Assembly: GCA_963675595.2 (NCBI GenBank)
Contig: CAXXLZ010000002.1
Span: 3,232,001 to 3,296,000 of the forward strand
Direction: 5' to 3'
Source: Thermodesulfobacteriota bacterium
GTDB lineage: Bacteria > Desulfobacterota > Desulfarculia > JACQYL01
DNA length: 64,000 nt
The notes beneath the pieces are model-generated. The model was not told the DNA's origin, made no database searches, and saw nothing but the letters and a program-made list of their open reading frames with translations. Shown here one piece after another: positions 10,094 to 21,096 of the stretch. The translations under genes were made by a program, and so were the position numbers. The stretch's first letter is position 1; each line of letters opens with the position of its first letter.

Positions 10094-11596
10094 ATGAAAG
10101 AAATGGACGGTGTGCATTTGCTGAAAGACCTGTTGAGCGAACTGGACCCGAAGCAACTGCAGCGAAAATTTCTCGGCAAGGTGCTGCAGCTGGAAAACGT
10201 CCGGAGAGGCTCCATCTGGGTGCGAGAGGGTTCGATGTTCCGGTGCGTGGAAGCAGGCGGACCGCACAGCGAAATCGAAGCGGGCTTTGAAATTTCGGCC
10301 GAGGAAAAGAGCATCGTGCGGGCTACGTATGAACGTCGGGAGCGGGTCGTGGCCAACCTGCAACGAGACGATCGCCACTACAAAGCCGTGGAGTGTGGAT
10401 TCGACGTCAAGAGCTCACGCATTCTGGCATTTCCGCTGAACCGCAAGGACGGTTCCATTTACGGCGTGCTGGAACTGATCGATACCAGTCCTTCCGGCGC
10501 TCATATGCGGACCAATGAAGAATATATCGAGCTCATACAGGAAGTTGTGGATGTTTTCGCGGCCCTGCTTTCCAATACCATCTTTTTCACGGAAGAAATG
10601 GAAAAGACCCGAGGACTCCTGGGAAGCAAAGGGGTCAACCTCTATGCCTATCCGAGCAAGCGATTCCAGGAATTGGTGCGATTGGCGGCACGTTTTGCCA
10701 AGTCGGATTACCCGGTGCTTCTGACGGGTGAGAGCGGCACGGGCAAGGAGGTCTTCGCGGAGTTCATCCACGCCGGCAGTCCCAGGGCGCACAAGCCGTT
10801 TGTCGCGGTGAACTGCAGCGCCATCACGGACAACCTGTTGGAAAGCGAGCTATTTGGGCACAAGAAGGGTTCGTTTACCGGAGCCGTCCGGGACAAGGAA
10901 GGGCTGTTCGAAGAAGCCGACGGAGGAACCCTGTTCCTGGATGAGATCGGCGACATGCAACCGGGACTGCAGGCCAGGATCCTTCGGGTACTGGAAGACT
11001 GCACCGTTCGACCCGTGGGCGGCGAACGAAAGGACATGAAAACCGTGAACGTGCGAATCGTGGCGGCCACCAACAAGAACCTGGAAAATTCCATCAATGC
11101 CGACGAGTTCCGGCGGGACCTGTTCTACCGATTGAACGTGCACCCTCTGCACCTGCCTTCCCTGCGGGAACGGAAGGAAGACATCCCGGAACTGGTGCGT
11201 TGTTTCCTGGAAAAGGAGAGCCGCCGGCTCCAAATGCCCATGAAAAGGGTCGCCAAGGAGACCCTGGAAGTGCTCATGGATCGGCCGTGGGAAGGAAATA
11301 TCCGGGAACTGGAGAACCTGGTCAAGAATCTGCTCATCACCACGGAAGGCAACGTGATCCGGCCGGATGATCTTCCCGACTCCGTGCTGCGTCGTCAAGA
11401 AGCCCGCGGAGAGCCCGACGGGAACGCGCCGGTTTTCCAAGGCTACACCTGGGAAGCGCTGGAGAGGGACTACGCGAAGTATCTGCTGGAGAACAACGGC
11501 GGCGTTGTCAGCCGCGCCGCTCGCCAGGCCGACGTGCACCTCAGCACGTTCCGCGCCCGCATCAAGAAGTTGCTGGGAGATACAAAGCCGGTGTGA
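10094..11596 (+). CDS. GAF-domain sigma-54-dependent transcriptional activator (NtrC/NifA-like bEBP)
   Basis: GESGTGKE Walker A, ESELFGHKKGSFTGA, GTLFLDEIGD, FRRDLFYRLNV, WEGNIRELEN and a C-terminal HTH. Confidence 0.92.
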   Translation: MKEMDGVHLLKDLLSELDPKQLQRKFLGKVLQLENVRRGSIWVREGSMFRCVEAGGPHSEIEAGFEISAEEKSIVRATYERRERVVANLQRDDRHYKAVECGFDVKSSRILAFPLNRKDGSIYGVLELIDTSPSGAHMRTNEEYIELIQEVVDVFAALLSNTIFFTEEMEKTRGLLGSKGVNLYAYPSKRFQELVRLAARFAKSDYPVLLTGESGTGKEVFAEFIHAGSPRAHKPFVAVNCSAITDNLLESELFGHKKGSFTGAVRDKEGLFEEADGGTLFLDEIGDMQPGLQARILRVLEDCTVRPVGGERKDMKTVNVRIVAATNKNLENSINADEFRRDLFYRLNVHPLHLPSLRERKEDIPELVRCFLEKESRRLQMPMKRVAKETLEVLMDRPWEGNIRELENLVKNLLITTEGNVIRPDDLPDSVLRRQEARGEPDGNAPVFQGYTWEALERDYAKYLLENNGGVVSRAARQADVHLSTFRARIKKLLGDTKPV

Positions 11597-11606
11597 TTTT
11601 CGTAGA

Positions 11607-11753
11607 CAGCCCGTTGAAAAAGTCGGGTTACGGCAGGTTGTCGAAAAATGATGAGATGCAAGGCGTGCAAATCCTGAGGAATGAAACGTACATAGCGTAC
11701 GTCGCAGTAACGAGGGATGAAGCGCAACGCCGCAGATCGCGTTTTTCGACGCC
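11607..11753 (-). repeat. ~147-bp MITE-like repeat, copy 2 (inverted relative to copy 1)
   Basis: Reverse complement aligns end to end with 9736-9882. Confidence 0.8.
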
Positions 11754-11962
11754 TGGTAAGGAGAGCGACGACGTTGGACCAGAGCGAGAGAAGGCGAAAG
11801 TGGCATCCTCGATGAATTACGAATCGTTGGTTCAGTCCTTGGAGACGCCTGAGAGGTCATTCAACCATCGGAAACGTCGACAGCGGAAATCGAATCGATT
11901 CTATGTGCTTGGACAGGGGGTATCCGGGACAACCTTTTGAAAAGGTTTCCTATGTGGCCTCA

Positions 11963-12180
11963 AGTCAAGCCGGAATTGGATAACCGTTTCCTATTCGCGC
12001 CCGAAGCGCCAAGTACACATGCGATGTAGAAGCGAAGATGCCGCCATTTCCCCAGCGCTACCGATGCAGCCAAACTTTATCGCGGCCGTCTCCGCTTTTT
12101 TCTCCCGGCTTGAGGCTCGGGACCCACCTCAAGTATGGGTCCCGAGCCGGTTGGGTTCTCCTAAACAAGTCCTAACCGGC
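11963..12180 (-). ncRNA. Candidate IS1111 seekRNA/bridge RNA
   Basis: About 220-nt non-coding region downstream of the transposase, with a strong hairpin (GGCTCGGGACCCA/TGGGTCCCGAGCC) and short matches to the donor junction and target. Confidence 0.5.
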
Positions 12181-13269
12181 TCATGCTTGGTCCGCTTGGA
12201 GACGAAATTCATAGGTCCGTTTTTCCATGGTCAATCGCCATAGAACAACGGCCAGTTTCCGTGCCAACGCACAAATGGCCTTTTGTGGAAGGCCCGTTCG
12301 CGACAGGAGTTTTCGATAATGCGAATCAATGGCCGGATCCCTGGACTTCCACGTCCAGGCCGCCTCCACCAACAGACTCCGCAGTCGCGTCTGACCCACG
12401 GGAGGAAGCGCCACTCGAGATTTCCGCTCTCCGCTTTGTCTTACCAACGGTGCGAGTCCCAGATAGCTGGTCACTTCCTCCACCCGATGGAACCGACTCG
12501 GGCGAAACAATTCCAGGAGGAAGGTAGCCGCTGTGATGGGACCCACCCCGGGGACGCTTCGAAGGCATCGCATTTCCTCAAAGTGTTCAGGTTTCTCGCA
12601 CACACTGGAAGTCCTTTCCTCCATGAAGGCTTTTTCCTTTGTGAGGAAATTCAACTCACGGAGCAAGCTGAGCAGCGTCGCTTTGGCCTCCTTCGGCAGA
12701 CGAAGCTTTCGAAGTTGCGCCACAGCGCTTCGGCCCCAATGATTGAGCCCGGGAGGCGCCTCCACACCGTGAAACAGCAGAAGGGATTGAATTCTCTGCT
12801 TAACGCGTCGAGTGCCGTCGGCCAGATCGTGCCGACGGCGAATTACGCTGCGTTCGGCCTCCTCTTCCTCCGTGGGAACGGCGATGGACTTCAATATCCC
12901 TCGGGCGGCATGGTCCGCCAACCGCATGCAATCCAGGCGGTCGGTCTTGGCCCCCGCAGTCACCGGCCTAGGGACCCGACTCGGCGCCACCACGATCACG
13001 CTGAACCCGGCTTTGGCCAAAGTGCGCGCAAGGCCGAAGCCGGTGGGCCCCGCTTCGTAGGCTACGGCTCGGATGCGCCTCAAGTGGGGGAGCAACATGG
13101 CCACGATGGCCTCCGGAGAGGCCGAGGACACAAAAGTCTTCACCTCGCCGTCGCTGCGAAGCACGGCCACGTGGTAGCTCTTTTTGTGTACGTCGATCCC
13201 GACGTGGAAATCACGGTCGATATCCAGCTCCAAAAACTTGGCCAATTCTGTTACTTTCGTTGCTACCAT
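12181..13269 (-). CDS. IS110-family (DEDD) transposase/recombinase
   Basis: VGIDVHKK, YEAGPTG, AKTDRLD, LRSVPGVGP, YLGLAP...QSG; AGGAG RBS before ATG 13269. Confidence 0.95.
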   Translation of the reverse strand: MVATKVTELAKFLELDIDRDFHVGIDVHKKSYHVAVLRSDGEVKTFVSSASPEAIVAMLLPHLRRIRAVAYEAGPTGFGLARTLAKAGFSVIVVAPSRVPRPVTAGAKTDRLDCMRLADHAARGILKSIAVPTEEEEAERSVIRRRHDLADGTRRVKQRIQSLLLFHGVEAPPGLNHWGRSAVAQLRKLRLPKEAKATLLSLLRELNFLTKEKAFMEERTSSVCEKPEHFEEMRCLRSVPGVGPITAATFLLELFRPSRFHRVEEVTSYLGLAPLVRQSGERKSRVALPPVGQTRLRSLLVEAAWTWKSRDPAIDSHYRKLLSRTGLPQKAICALARKLAVVLWRLTMEKRTYEFRLQADQA

Positions 13270-13441
13270 GTTGGTCTCCTTTCTGTTTGGGTGATGCTCC
13301 ATCATAACGATCGAGCACCTGAGGCCAACATGGTATTTTCCCGGCCCCTTTCCCAAACAATTTGAGCGGGTTGCTCGCCGGCGCATCGCAACCGAGGTCG
13401 GGCGGTCTCACTGAATAGGTTACCGGGTCCGTAACAAAAGG

Positions 13442-13534
13442 AGCCTCTCCGCCGAAGGCGGTGAGGCCTGCTTGAAATGTTTAAAGGGGGGCGCACGGGG
13501 GTAGCTTTTTTAAAAGCTCCCCCCGTGAATGCCT
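13442..13534 (+). repeat. REP-like hairpin repeat interrupted at its 3' end by the group II intron
   Basis: CACGGGGGTAGCTTTT/AAAAGCTCCCCCCGTG hairpin; homologous to the reverse complement of 47181-47274. Confidence 0.7.
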
Positions 13535-15558
<2,024 letters not shown>

Positions 15559-15589
15559 ACGACAGGAGAATGGCTGAAAGGCTTCAGTC

Positions 15590-16135
15590 GTGATCACGCG
15601 CCGTCAATATCTCATCGGATCGGCCCTGGCCCTCTGCGGTGTCGGGTGCGGATGGGCGATGTTCGGCCCGCTTTATCGGCGCATGCGGTGGAAGCACATT
15701 GTGATCCACCACAGTGCGTCGGATGCGGGCAACGCGGAGGTGTTTGATGCGTGGCATCGACAGCGGGGCCTGCGCTTCGGCTTGGCGTACCATTTCGTCA
15801 TCGGCAATGGAAAGGGCTCGGGAGACGGCGCGGTGGAGATCGGGAACCGATGGGAAAAGCAACTGTGGGGCGCCCACGTCAAGAACCGCACATGGAATCT
15901 GCATTCCATCGGAATCTGCCTGGTGGGCAATTTTGAACATGACTCACCCACGCCTCGGCAGATCAGCCGCCTGGAAAAGCTCATCCTCGAGCTGTCGGAA
16001 ACCTACGGAATCGAGGTTTCCGAAATGAAAGGCCATAAAGAAGTGCCCGGGGAACACACCCTTTGTCCCGGGTCAAGGTTTGATTTGGATGCGTTTCGGT
16101 CGGGTCTGGGGGTTGGCCCTGGACCTTTTGCATAG
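15590..16135 (+). CDS. N-acetylmuramoyl-L-alanine amidase (Amidase_2/PGRP family), possible Tat signal
   Basis: TRRQYL N-terminus; HIVIHHSA, YHFVIG, GAHV, SIGICLVGNF, GHKE, TLCPG. Confidence 0.85.
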   Translation: MITRRQYLIGSALALCGVGCGWAMFGPLYRRMRWKHIVIHHSASDAGNAEVFDAWHRQRGLRFGLAYHFVIGNGKGSGDGAVEIGNRWEKQLWGAHVKNRTWNLHSIGICLVGNFEHDSPTPRQISRLEKLILELSETYGIEVSEMKGHKEVPGEHTLCPGSRFDLDAFRSGLGVGPGPFA

Positions 16136-16303
16136 TCCGAGGAGAAGCGCCGCCGCCGCTTTCGAATCCGAAGACCTACTTGCCGCGGCGGGCTTGGGGG
16201 TTATTCGTCCGGCCTCGGGCCGGCGCGGGTGAGAGGGTCTGGTCAACACCTGTGCACGGGAGCGCAATCCTTGAACGGCGCTCTTCGGGCGAAGGGTGGT
16301 GAA

Positions 16304-16429
16304 CTCAGCAGACGCGCGCCGAGGTTCTTGTTGCGGTTGTCCGGCGTGTTGTTGTTCCGATTCGCCGAACGGCAGTTCTTCGCGTTGTTGTTCCAGCTGC
16401 CGCCGCGTTTCACCCGGTTGGAGCCTGAT
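16304..16429 (-). repeat. DGR template repeat (TR)
   Basis: Ungapped match to 18494-18619 with 25 mismatches, 24 at TR adenines; 12 AAY codons; conceptual translation SGSNRVKRGGSWNNNAKNCRSANRNNNTPDNRNKNLGARLL. Confidence 0.97.
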
Positions 16430-16435
16430 CGTCCC

Positions 16436-17446
16436 TCACACCAAATTCTTGCCGTAAAAGAAATCCCGTCTCATCCTCCAGGTATCAGCATGCAATACGT
16501 GGCCGAGCAGGCTTGCCGCCGACCTTGCGAACCGTTCATCATCCATTTCCCCGGATAGATAAGCCTTCTCATTTTCGCGAAACTTTCGACGAAACCGTAC
16601 CAGATTGGCACGCTTCAGCCGAATCAGGTTGGGAAACACCCTGAACCCCAAAAACGGAACCCCTTGCGAGACCGGCGCCAGGAAGGTTCCACTTTCCTTG
16701 AGGCGGAGATTGAGCCGCTGGGAAAGAAACATGCCGATCCGTGCCCTCAACCGGTGTAGCTCTTCCTTGCCGGTGCTCAGGACGACCATGTCATCCATAT
16801 ACCGGATGTACCGTTTCACTCCCAACTCGTCCTTCACGAAATGGTCCAGTTGATTCAGATAGTGGTTCGCCCACCATTGGCTCGTGAGATTACCTATGGG
16901 CAGGCCTTTGCCGGGTATTTGATCCGGCATGGGATGATCTATGATGAGAAAAAGCAAGGCGAGCAGGTCCGCATCCTTGATCTTGCGCTCGATCATCCGC
17001 TTCAGAATCGCATGGTCGACGGAATCGAAAAACTTCTCCACGTCCATTTTCAGAAAGAAATTCGAATCCCGGCAGAAGGATTGGAGCCTTGCAATCGCCC
17101 GGTGAGTGCCCTTGTCTTTCCGGCAGGCGTAGGAATCGTGAATGAACGACCGCTCGAAAAGAGGCTCCAGCACATTGCATACCGCATGATGGACGACGCG
17201 GTCACGAAAGTCGGCGGCGCAGATCCGCCGTTGTTTGGGTTCATGGATGGTGAAGCTTCGGTACGGTTCGGGACGGTAGGTCTTGGAAAGCAATTCTCGC
17301 TGCAAAGCGACCAGCTCGAACTCGAAATTCAGATGGAAATCGGCGACCCTGGGTTTGTTCAGCTTTCCTCTAAAGGCCTTGCGGGCCGCTGAGCACAGAT
17401 TGTGGAAGGAGCAAACATCCTCGAACAGATTTCCGTATCTCTTCAT
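16436..17446 (-). CDS. DGR reverse transcriptase
   Basis: 336 aa; KQRRI, FRDRVVHHA, GLPIGNLTSQWWAN (the SQ motif typical of DGR RTs), YIRYMDD, PFLGF; no maturase domain. Confidence 0.95.
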   Translation of the reverse strand: MKRYGNLFEDVCSFHNLCSAARKAFRGKLNKPRVADFHLNFEFELVALQRELLSKTYRPEPYRSFTIHEPKQRRICAADFRDRVVHHAVCNVLEPLFERSFIHDSYACRKDKGTHRAIARLQSFCRDSNFFLKMDVEKFFDSVDHAILKRMIERKIKDADLLALLFLIIDHPMPDQIPGKGLPIGNLTSQWWANHYLNQLDHFVKDELGVKRYIRYMDDMVVLSTGKEELHRLRARIGMFLSQRLNLRLKESGTFLAPVSQGVPFLGFRVFPNLIRLKRANLVRFRRKFRENEKAYLSGEMDDERFARSAASLLGHVLHADTWRMRRDFFYGKNLV

Positions 17447-17787
17447 GGTCCTTCCTGTTGCTTGATCCAGGCCCCCACCATCCTGCCGATCTCGTAGAGT
17501 TCTTTGACCGCGTGTTCATAACCTCGGTCGCCCAGGTACCTTTGTTCATGGGAAATACGGAGGAGCACTCGCATCTTTTCGATATCCAGATTGACGCGTC
17601 TCAACAGCGTGGTCTTGTTCGACGTATACGCCGCTTCAACGAGGCGTTCCAGGATGTCCAGAGCGAGGTTGCCCAGCCTGGAAGAAAACGTGAAGCGCAC
17701 CCGCTTGGGAAACTTTTCCGTGGCCGAAAGCAGCCAAGCGAGAAAGCGCCGCCAACGAACGAAAACTTTCAGGTCGTCGTGCCCCAA
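17443..17787 (-). CDS. avd: DGR accessory variability determinant (Avd-like four-helix bundle)
   Basis: About 114 aa and basic; KFPKRVRFTFSSRL ... EIGRMVGAWIK; TTG start after GGAGGAG; stop overlaps the RT start (ATGA). Confidence 0.88.
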   Translation of the reverse strand: MGHDDLKVFVRWRRFLAWLLSATEKFPKRVRFTFSSRLGNLALDILERLVEAAYTSNKTTLLRRVNLDIEKMRVLLRISHEQRYLGDRGYEHAVKELYEIGRMVGAWIKQQEGP

Positions 17788-17789
17788 GA

Positions 17790-18278
17790 CTATGGCTCCT
17801 CCACGGTGGCTTTGGCGGAAGCGACCACCGCAAGGATGTCCTTGCCGTATTTTGTCAGCTTGGCGGTTCCAATCCCTTCCACGGCCGCAAGTTCGTTGAG
17901 GCTCTTGGGTGCCTTTGAGGCGATTTCGGCAAGGCGTCTGTTGTCGCAGATCACGTAGGGGGGCACGGCGTCCGTCTTGGCCCGTTCGTTCCGCCATTCC
18001 CGCAAGAGGTTGAAGAGCGGCATGCTTTCGTCCGAGAGCAGCGAGCGGTAGTCCTGCTTTTCCTTTTCCTGGAAATCCGTGGCTACGTCTGGGGTTTCCA
18101 CCTTCGGGCGAGGAAGTTTGTACAGCACCATGAACGTCCAGTACGCGTCGCCGTTTGCCGTGAAGAAATGCTCCCGCACCGAAAGGACCTCTTTGTCCGT
18201 CATGAAGGATCGGAGGGGTCCGTCGTCGAAACCCTCGATGACAGGTGAGAAACGGAGCGTGAAAATTCGTATGTGCAT
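17790..18278 (-). CDS. HRDC-domain protein (DGR accessory)
   Basis: LFNLLREWRNERAKTDAVPPYVICDNRRLAEIA...VEGIGTAKLTKYG is a canonical HRDC signature. Confidence 0.88.
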   Translation of the reverse strand: MHIRIFTLRFSPVIEGFDDGPLRSFMTDKEVLSVREHFFTANGDAYWTFMVLYKLPRPKVETPDVATDFQEKEKQDYRSLLSDESMPLFNLLREWRNERAKTDAVPPYVICDNRRLAEIASKAPKSLNELAAVEGIGTAKLTKYGKDILAVVASAKATVEEP

Positions 18279-18480
18279 GGATTCACGAATCCGATGGTAA
18301 ATTCAGCCTCGCTTCGCTCGGCTTTCTCTTCCCCCTATCCTCACGCCGGGGACGGCTGCCCGTTCCGGGCCGGGTTCTCCGCTCATGGGCTTCGCCGCAT
18401 GCGCAGGCTCCGCCCTCTTCGCTTGGAACCCAGGCCCTCCCCGACAAGGAAAACCACAAAGGGTAAAGGGGTAAAAGGGA

Positions 18481-20604
18481 TCAGGGGTAAGACCTCAGCA
18501 GACGCGCGCCGAGGCTCCGGCTGCGGTTGCCCGGCGTGAGGATGTAGCGACTCGCCGAACGGCAGAACCCCGCGCTGAAGAGCCAGCTGCCGCCGCGTAT
18601 CACCCGGCCGGAGCCCGACGACGGACCCGTGGGATCCGTCACGGATCCACCGGGATAGTCGCCGTACCAATCCTGCACCCACTCCCACACGTTTCCGTGC
18701 ATATCATACAATCCCCAGGCATTGGGATCATAACTCCCCGCAGGCACCGTGGAATCAACCGGCAAACCTCTCGATTTTGCGTAGGAGACACATCTTGTTT
18801 CCGAACTTCCGGGATCGTTTTCATAGTTCATCTTGTCACACCTCGGCTCGTCTCCCCAAGGGTATCGGCCCGTGCTGCCGGCCCGCGCCGCATACTCCCA
18901 CTCCGCTTCCGTGGGCAGCCGATACCGATGCCCTCCCGCCAACCGATTGAGCTTCCCGATGAACTCTTGACAGTCGTTCCAGGAAATATTCTCCACGGGG
19001 CAGTCGTCTCCACAATTCTTGAATTCGGAGGGATTGCTCCCCATAACGGCCTTCCACTGCCCTTGGGTGATCTCCGTGGTCTGCAGGTAAAACCCTTTGC
19101 TAAGCGTCACTTGGTGCTGCGTCTCATTGCTGACTCGGCCCGGCTCGTTGCTCGGGCTTCCCATCATGAACGTGCCCGGCGGAATGTACGCGAAGGTGAA
19201 TTCCACGCCGGCAATGCGATCCACAAGGGTTTTCCCCGTTCTTTCCGAAGACTGCGACGGCTTGGGGGGAACCGCCGTCAGCCGGATTTCCACGTCCCGG
19301 TCTTCCCCGGCGTCCAGATCGATCCATTCCTCGTGCGCTTCGTATCCTTCCGCCGAGACCTCCAGATGATACCGCCCGGCGGCCAGTTCCATCCCTTGGC
19401 TGAACCGAGGCGCGATGTTCAAAATCCGCACCGCGGCGTCGGAAGGAACCGTACGCACGTACAGCCGTGCCGGCTTGGGCCTTACCGCCGTCAAGGACGC
19501 CCGCACGATGCGTTTGCGCCCGGATTGAATCTCCATTTCGTCTTCCCAGGGCTCGTACCCCTCTTTGATGATTCGCACCCGAACACGACCGGCGGGCACA
19601 TCCGGCACGAAGGCCGGAGCTTCCCCCATGTCCTTCCCGTCCATGTACACTCGCGCGCCGTCCACCCGTGTCCCGTTTACACTTGCCCGGATCTCCAGGT
19701 GCCCGGTCTTCTTATCCGGCTTGGGACCGGGCGGTTCCGGCTCGCTCCATTGAGCTCCCTGTTGTGCGATAAAAACAAAGTCGCCCCTCGAAAGTTCATA
19801 ATCGCGAATGTTCCCGAATTGAGGGGTCTGGTCTTCGTGTTTGGGCACCTCCTTGCGCAGATATAACCCCAGTTCCGTGCCGGAGATGTACCCGTCCTTG
19901 TCCATATCTCCCAATCCGTATTTCAAGGCATCCACAAAGGCCGGCGTAAAGGTGCTCTTAGCCGGCACCGATTCCCCCGCATCTCCGGCCGTCAGATACT
20001 GTCGCACGGGGAGGGCGGTCATTTTGCTGATGTCCGGCGGCACGTTCGGCAGGTCCTTGGCCTTGAAAATGGTGCCCGAAAAACAGCTGTCGAAAAGAAA
20101 CAAGGCGTGCTTGGCGTTCATGTCGCGGGACCAGGCCAGAATCTGATCCATGGAAAGGGACTTCCGAAGGAATTCCTTTTCATTTTCACGAGGGTCCGGA
20201 GCGTCCTTGGGCAACAGGTAGCCTTTGGAACCGTCCCGCATGGTATGCCCATGACCCGAAAAGAAGAACAGCAACCGGTTCCGCCTGTCGTACCCGTATT
20301 TGTCGATGAAGGCCTTGAAAGTTTCATCCAGTTCCCTGCCGGTAAGATTGTCCTTCCTCACCACCTCGAACCCTTGGTCCTTGAGCACCTCTCCTACCGC
20401 GTCCAATTCCTTCGGTACGTTGGGGAGTCTGGGCCAGCCGGCGGTGTAGTCGCTCATGCCGATAAGGAGGGCATAACTGCCGTCGTAGAGCGGCAGCACT
20501 TCCCCCGACTTGGTCTTGACCTGGATCCCCTTGCTCGTTCCCGAGGAGGTCAGGGGGAGGAACAGCGCCGAAATCAATACCAGAACGGGAAGGAGTCTTC
20601 TCAT
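18481..20604 (-). CDS. DGR target: secreted caspase-like (C14) + PEGA + FGE-sulfatase/CLec-fold protein
   Basis: GGAGG RBS and signal peptide; FFFSGHG and LFDSCFSG; two PEGA-like repeats; FMMGSP..E, TEITQGQW, RLPTEAEWEYAARAG, GLYDMHGNVWEW; C-terminal VR. Confidence 0.93.
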   Translation of the reverse strand: MRRLLPVLVLISALFLPLTSSGTSKGIQVKTKSGEVLPLYDGSYALLIGMSDYTAGWPRLPNVPKELDAVGEVLKDQGFEVVRKDNLTGRELDETFKAFIDKYGYDRRNRLLFFFSGHGHTMRDGSKGYLLPKDAPDPRENEKEFLRKSLSMDQILAWSRDMNAKHALFLFDSCFSGTIFKAKDLPNVPPDISKMTALPVRQYLTAGDAGESVPAKSTFTPAFVDALKYGLGDMDKDGYISGTELGLYLRKEVPKHEDQTPQFGNIRDYELSRGDFVFIAQQGAQWSEPEPPGPKPDKKTGHLEIRASVNGTRVDGARVYMDGKDMGEAPAFVPDVPAGRVRVRIIKEGYEPWEDEMEIQSGRKRIVRASLTAVRPKPARLYVRTVPSDAAVRILNIAPRFSQGMELAAGRYHLEVSAEGYEAHEEWIDLDAGEDRDVEIRLTAVPPKPSQSSERTGKTLVDRIAGVEFTFAYIPPGTFMMGSPSNEPGRVSNETQHQVTLSKGFYLQTTEITQGQWKAVMGSNPSEFKNCGDDCPVENISWNDCQEFIGKLNRLAGGHRYRLPTEAEWEYAARAGSTGRYPWGDEPRCDKMNYENDPGSSETRCVSYAKSRGLPVDSTVPAGSYDPNAWGLYDMHGNVWEWVQDWYGDYPGGSVTDPTGPSSGSGRVIRGGSWLFSAGFCRSASRYILTPGNRSRSLGARLLRSYP
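18494..18619 (-). repeat. DGR variable repeat (VR)
   Basis: Encodes SGSGRVIRGGSWLFSAGFCRSASRYILTPGNRSRSLGARLL; differs from TR almost only at adenines. Confidence 0.97.
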
Positions 20605-21096
20605 ATGCACCTCCCAGGATTGAAGTTTGCCGAAGGACGGGAAAAGCGACCCCAATGTTTCAAAACCGAATCCCGGCTTCCGGCGCGGGAACCGGAGCAA
20701 TAAAGACCAAATGAGCCCCGGGTTCCAACTCTGGAACCATACTTCGATAATTCCCGGGTTGGAAATCAAGGATTATTTCATCAACGCCGAGACTCCGGCG
20801 GACATCCCGGAGCACGGAATATCGGAAGCTATCGAAATGGAGTACCAAAAACAGGCCCTTCGAGCAATCCGAAACCGCAACACGGGAGCCCGACGGAATT
20901 TCCTCGGTGATTCCGCCGGTTGCGGAGCCGGTCGGGTCGATCGACAAGAAACCGCCCTGAAAGCCTAGTTCGTCGCTCGCTCCCGCTCTCGCATGCATTC
21001 ATGGTGGAAGACTTTGTCGAAAGCCTTCCACCGTACTCCCATCCAAGGCTCCTCAGACAGGCCTCTCCGCCGAAGGCGGCAAGGTCCGCGCTGGCG

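Larger units (their letters stand above)
11949..13338 (-). mobile_element. IS110-family element, IS1111 subgroup, inserted in a REP-like hairpin
   Basis: Sub-terminal IRs ATGTTGGCCTCA / TGAGGCCACAT lie 7 and 3 nt from the inferred ends; long non-coding region 3' of the transposase; removing the element restores the hairpin CCGGGACAACCTTT-TGA-AAAGGTTTTCCCGG. Confidence 0.85.

Noticed and set aside
15590-16135. Amidase as a prophage endolysin, implying a phage-borne DGR
   Set aside because: No holin, structural, terminase or integrase genes are nearby, and the protein has its own export-like N-terminus.
16321-16400. GTT/AAC-rich short repeats resembling a microsatellite or CRISPR
   Set aside because: These are the AAC codons of the DGR template repeat. 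No repeat-spacer array or cas gene was seen in the window.
16436-17446. Third RT as a retron, Abi or group II intron RT
   Set aside because: It has the SQ motif, no maturase domain, an adjacent avd gene and a TR/VR pair, which identify it as a DGR RT.
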